A stretch of DNA of 63,802 bases, the filler included, from Octopus bimaculoides (lineage: Eukaryota): the NCBI RefSeq assembly GCF_001194135.2. It is 5 parts of 4 records of this genome, joined end to end, with 100 filler letters (N's around TTAATTAATTAA, not from the genome) between each part and the next. Parts side by side here need not be neighbours in the genome. Positions count along the whole stretch, not along the records: positions 62,305 to 63,802 come from NC_069008.1; 4 more parts are not named here. One strand, 5' to 3'. A model generated the notes under the pieces. It made no database searches and was not told the origin of the DNA. It saw only the letters and a program-made list of their open reading frames with translations. Below, one piece after another: positions 63,202 to 63,802 of this stretch (positions within the stretch are counted from its first letter, which is position 1; each line of letters starts with the position of its first letter). Both the position numbers and the translations under genes were made by a program.

Positions 63202-63550
63202 TAAGAGTACTCAGAGAGCGCAACCCTCTGCCAAGGCAACATCAACGTCATCTCAATGATTAGCCAGGGATGATTTTTTAAATGAGAATATCTGAAATAA
63301 TCTCGACTGCCCTCACAAACGAAAATACTAAAAATGAATTCGACCACTCTCAACAATTAAGAAAAACAAACGGGAAAAATAATCCAGAATCCTTGTCCGG
63401 TACCGGATCGATTCCAAGATCTAATCAGTTCGGGAAGTTTCATCCGAATCTATCCAGCGGTTCTTCAGATATTTTGTCCACGGACAAACAAACAGACAAA
63501 CAAACACGACTGAAAACAATACCTCCGCCTTCGCTAAGGCTGAGGTAATA
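63202..63550 (+). mobile_element. Short Helentron/HINE-like element with a 3' palindrome
   Basis: 5' ACCCTCTGCCAAGG; AAGTTTCATCCGAATC module; (ACAA)n microsatellite; 3' hairpin ACCTCCGCCTT-CGCT-AAGGCTGAGGT at 63521-63546. Confidence 0.65.
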
Positions 63551-63702
63551 ATCCTTTTTAGTAAAGGCACACGGCTTGGAATTTGGGGAGAGGGATTACA
63601 TCGACGTCAGTGCATAACTGGTACTTATGTCATCGACTCCGAAAAGATGAAAAACAAAGTCGACCTCCCTCCAGTCCAATGACTAGATTAAAACACAGAC
63701 AA

Positions 63703-63704
<2 letters not shown>

Positions 63705-63785
<81 letters not shown>

Positions 63786-63802
63786 ATATATATATATATA
63801 TA
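63705..63802. repeat. (TATC)n then (TA)n microsatellite
   Basis: Direct reading of the sequence. Confidence 0.96.

Noticed and set aside
115-63548. The many long HT/CV/YI/poly-X ORFs in the supplied track
   Set aside because: They are translations of (CA)n, (TA)n, (ATT)n and (GAA)n microsatellites or of N runs, with no domain-like content.

Overview
AT-rich, microsatellite- and transposon-dense animal genomic DNA. The SINE/RTE/MITE repertoire points to an octopod cephalopod (inference). About a fifth of the window is N, and four identical 44N-TTAATTAATTAA-44N spacers are assembly joins. The ORF track is mostly microsatellite noise. Reading splice sites directly gives a phase-consistent chain of small + strand exons: 18688-18740, 20692-20747, 24250-24460, 26779-26804 (26 nt), 27367-27489, 31248-31342 and a terminal exon from 36351. 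They encode the end of alpha2 plus the delta chain of a voltage-gated calcium channel alpha2/delta (CACNA2D)-like protein. No upstream alpha2 exons were found. The first visible splice donor is ATG|GTAAGA right at an assembly join, so a delta-only transcript is possible but unproven. The terminal exon has two usable hydrophobic reading frames. The rest is decayed mobile DNA: two DD37D (maT) remnants, a fold-back mariner, a Tc1, an R4/Dong-type LINE embedded in TAA repeats, RTE fragments, Helentron-like (HINE) elements, piggyBac- and Tigger-like MITEs, and several tRNA-derived SINE families. SINE copies inside the gene are visibly more CpG-decayed than those downstream of it.
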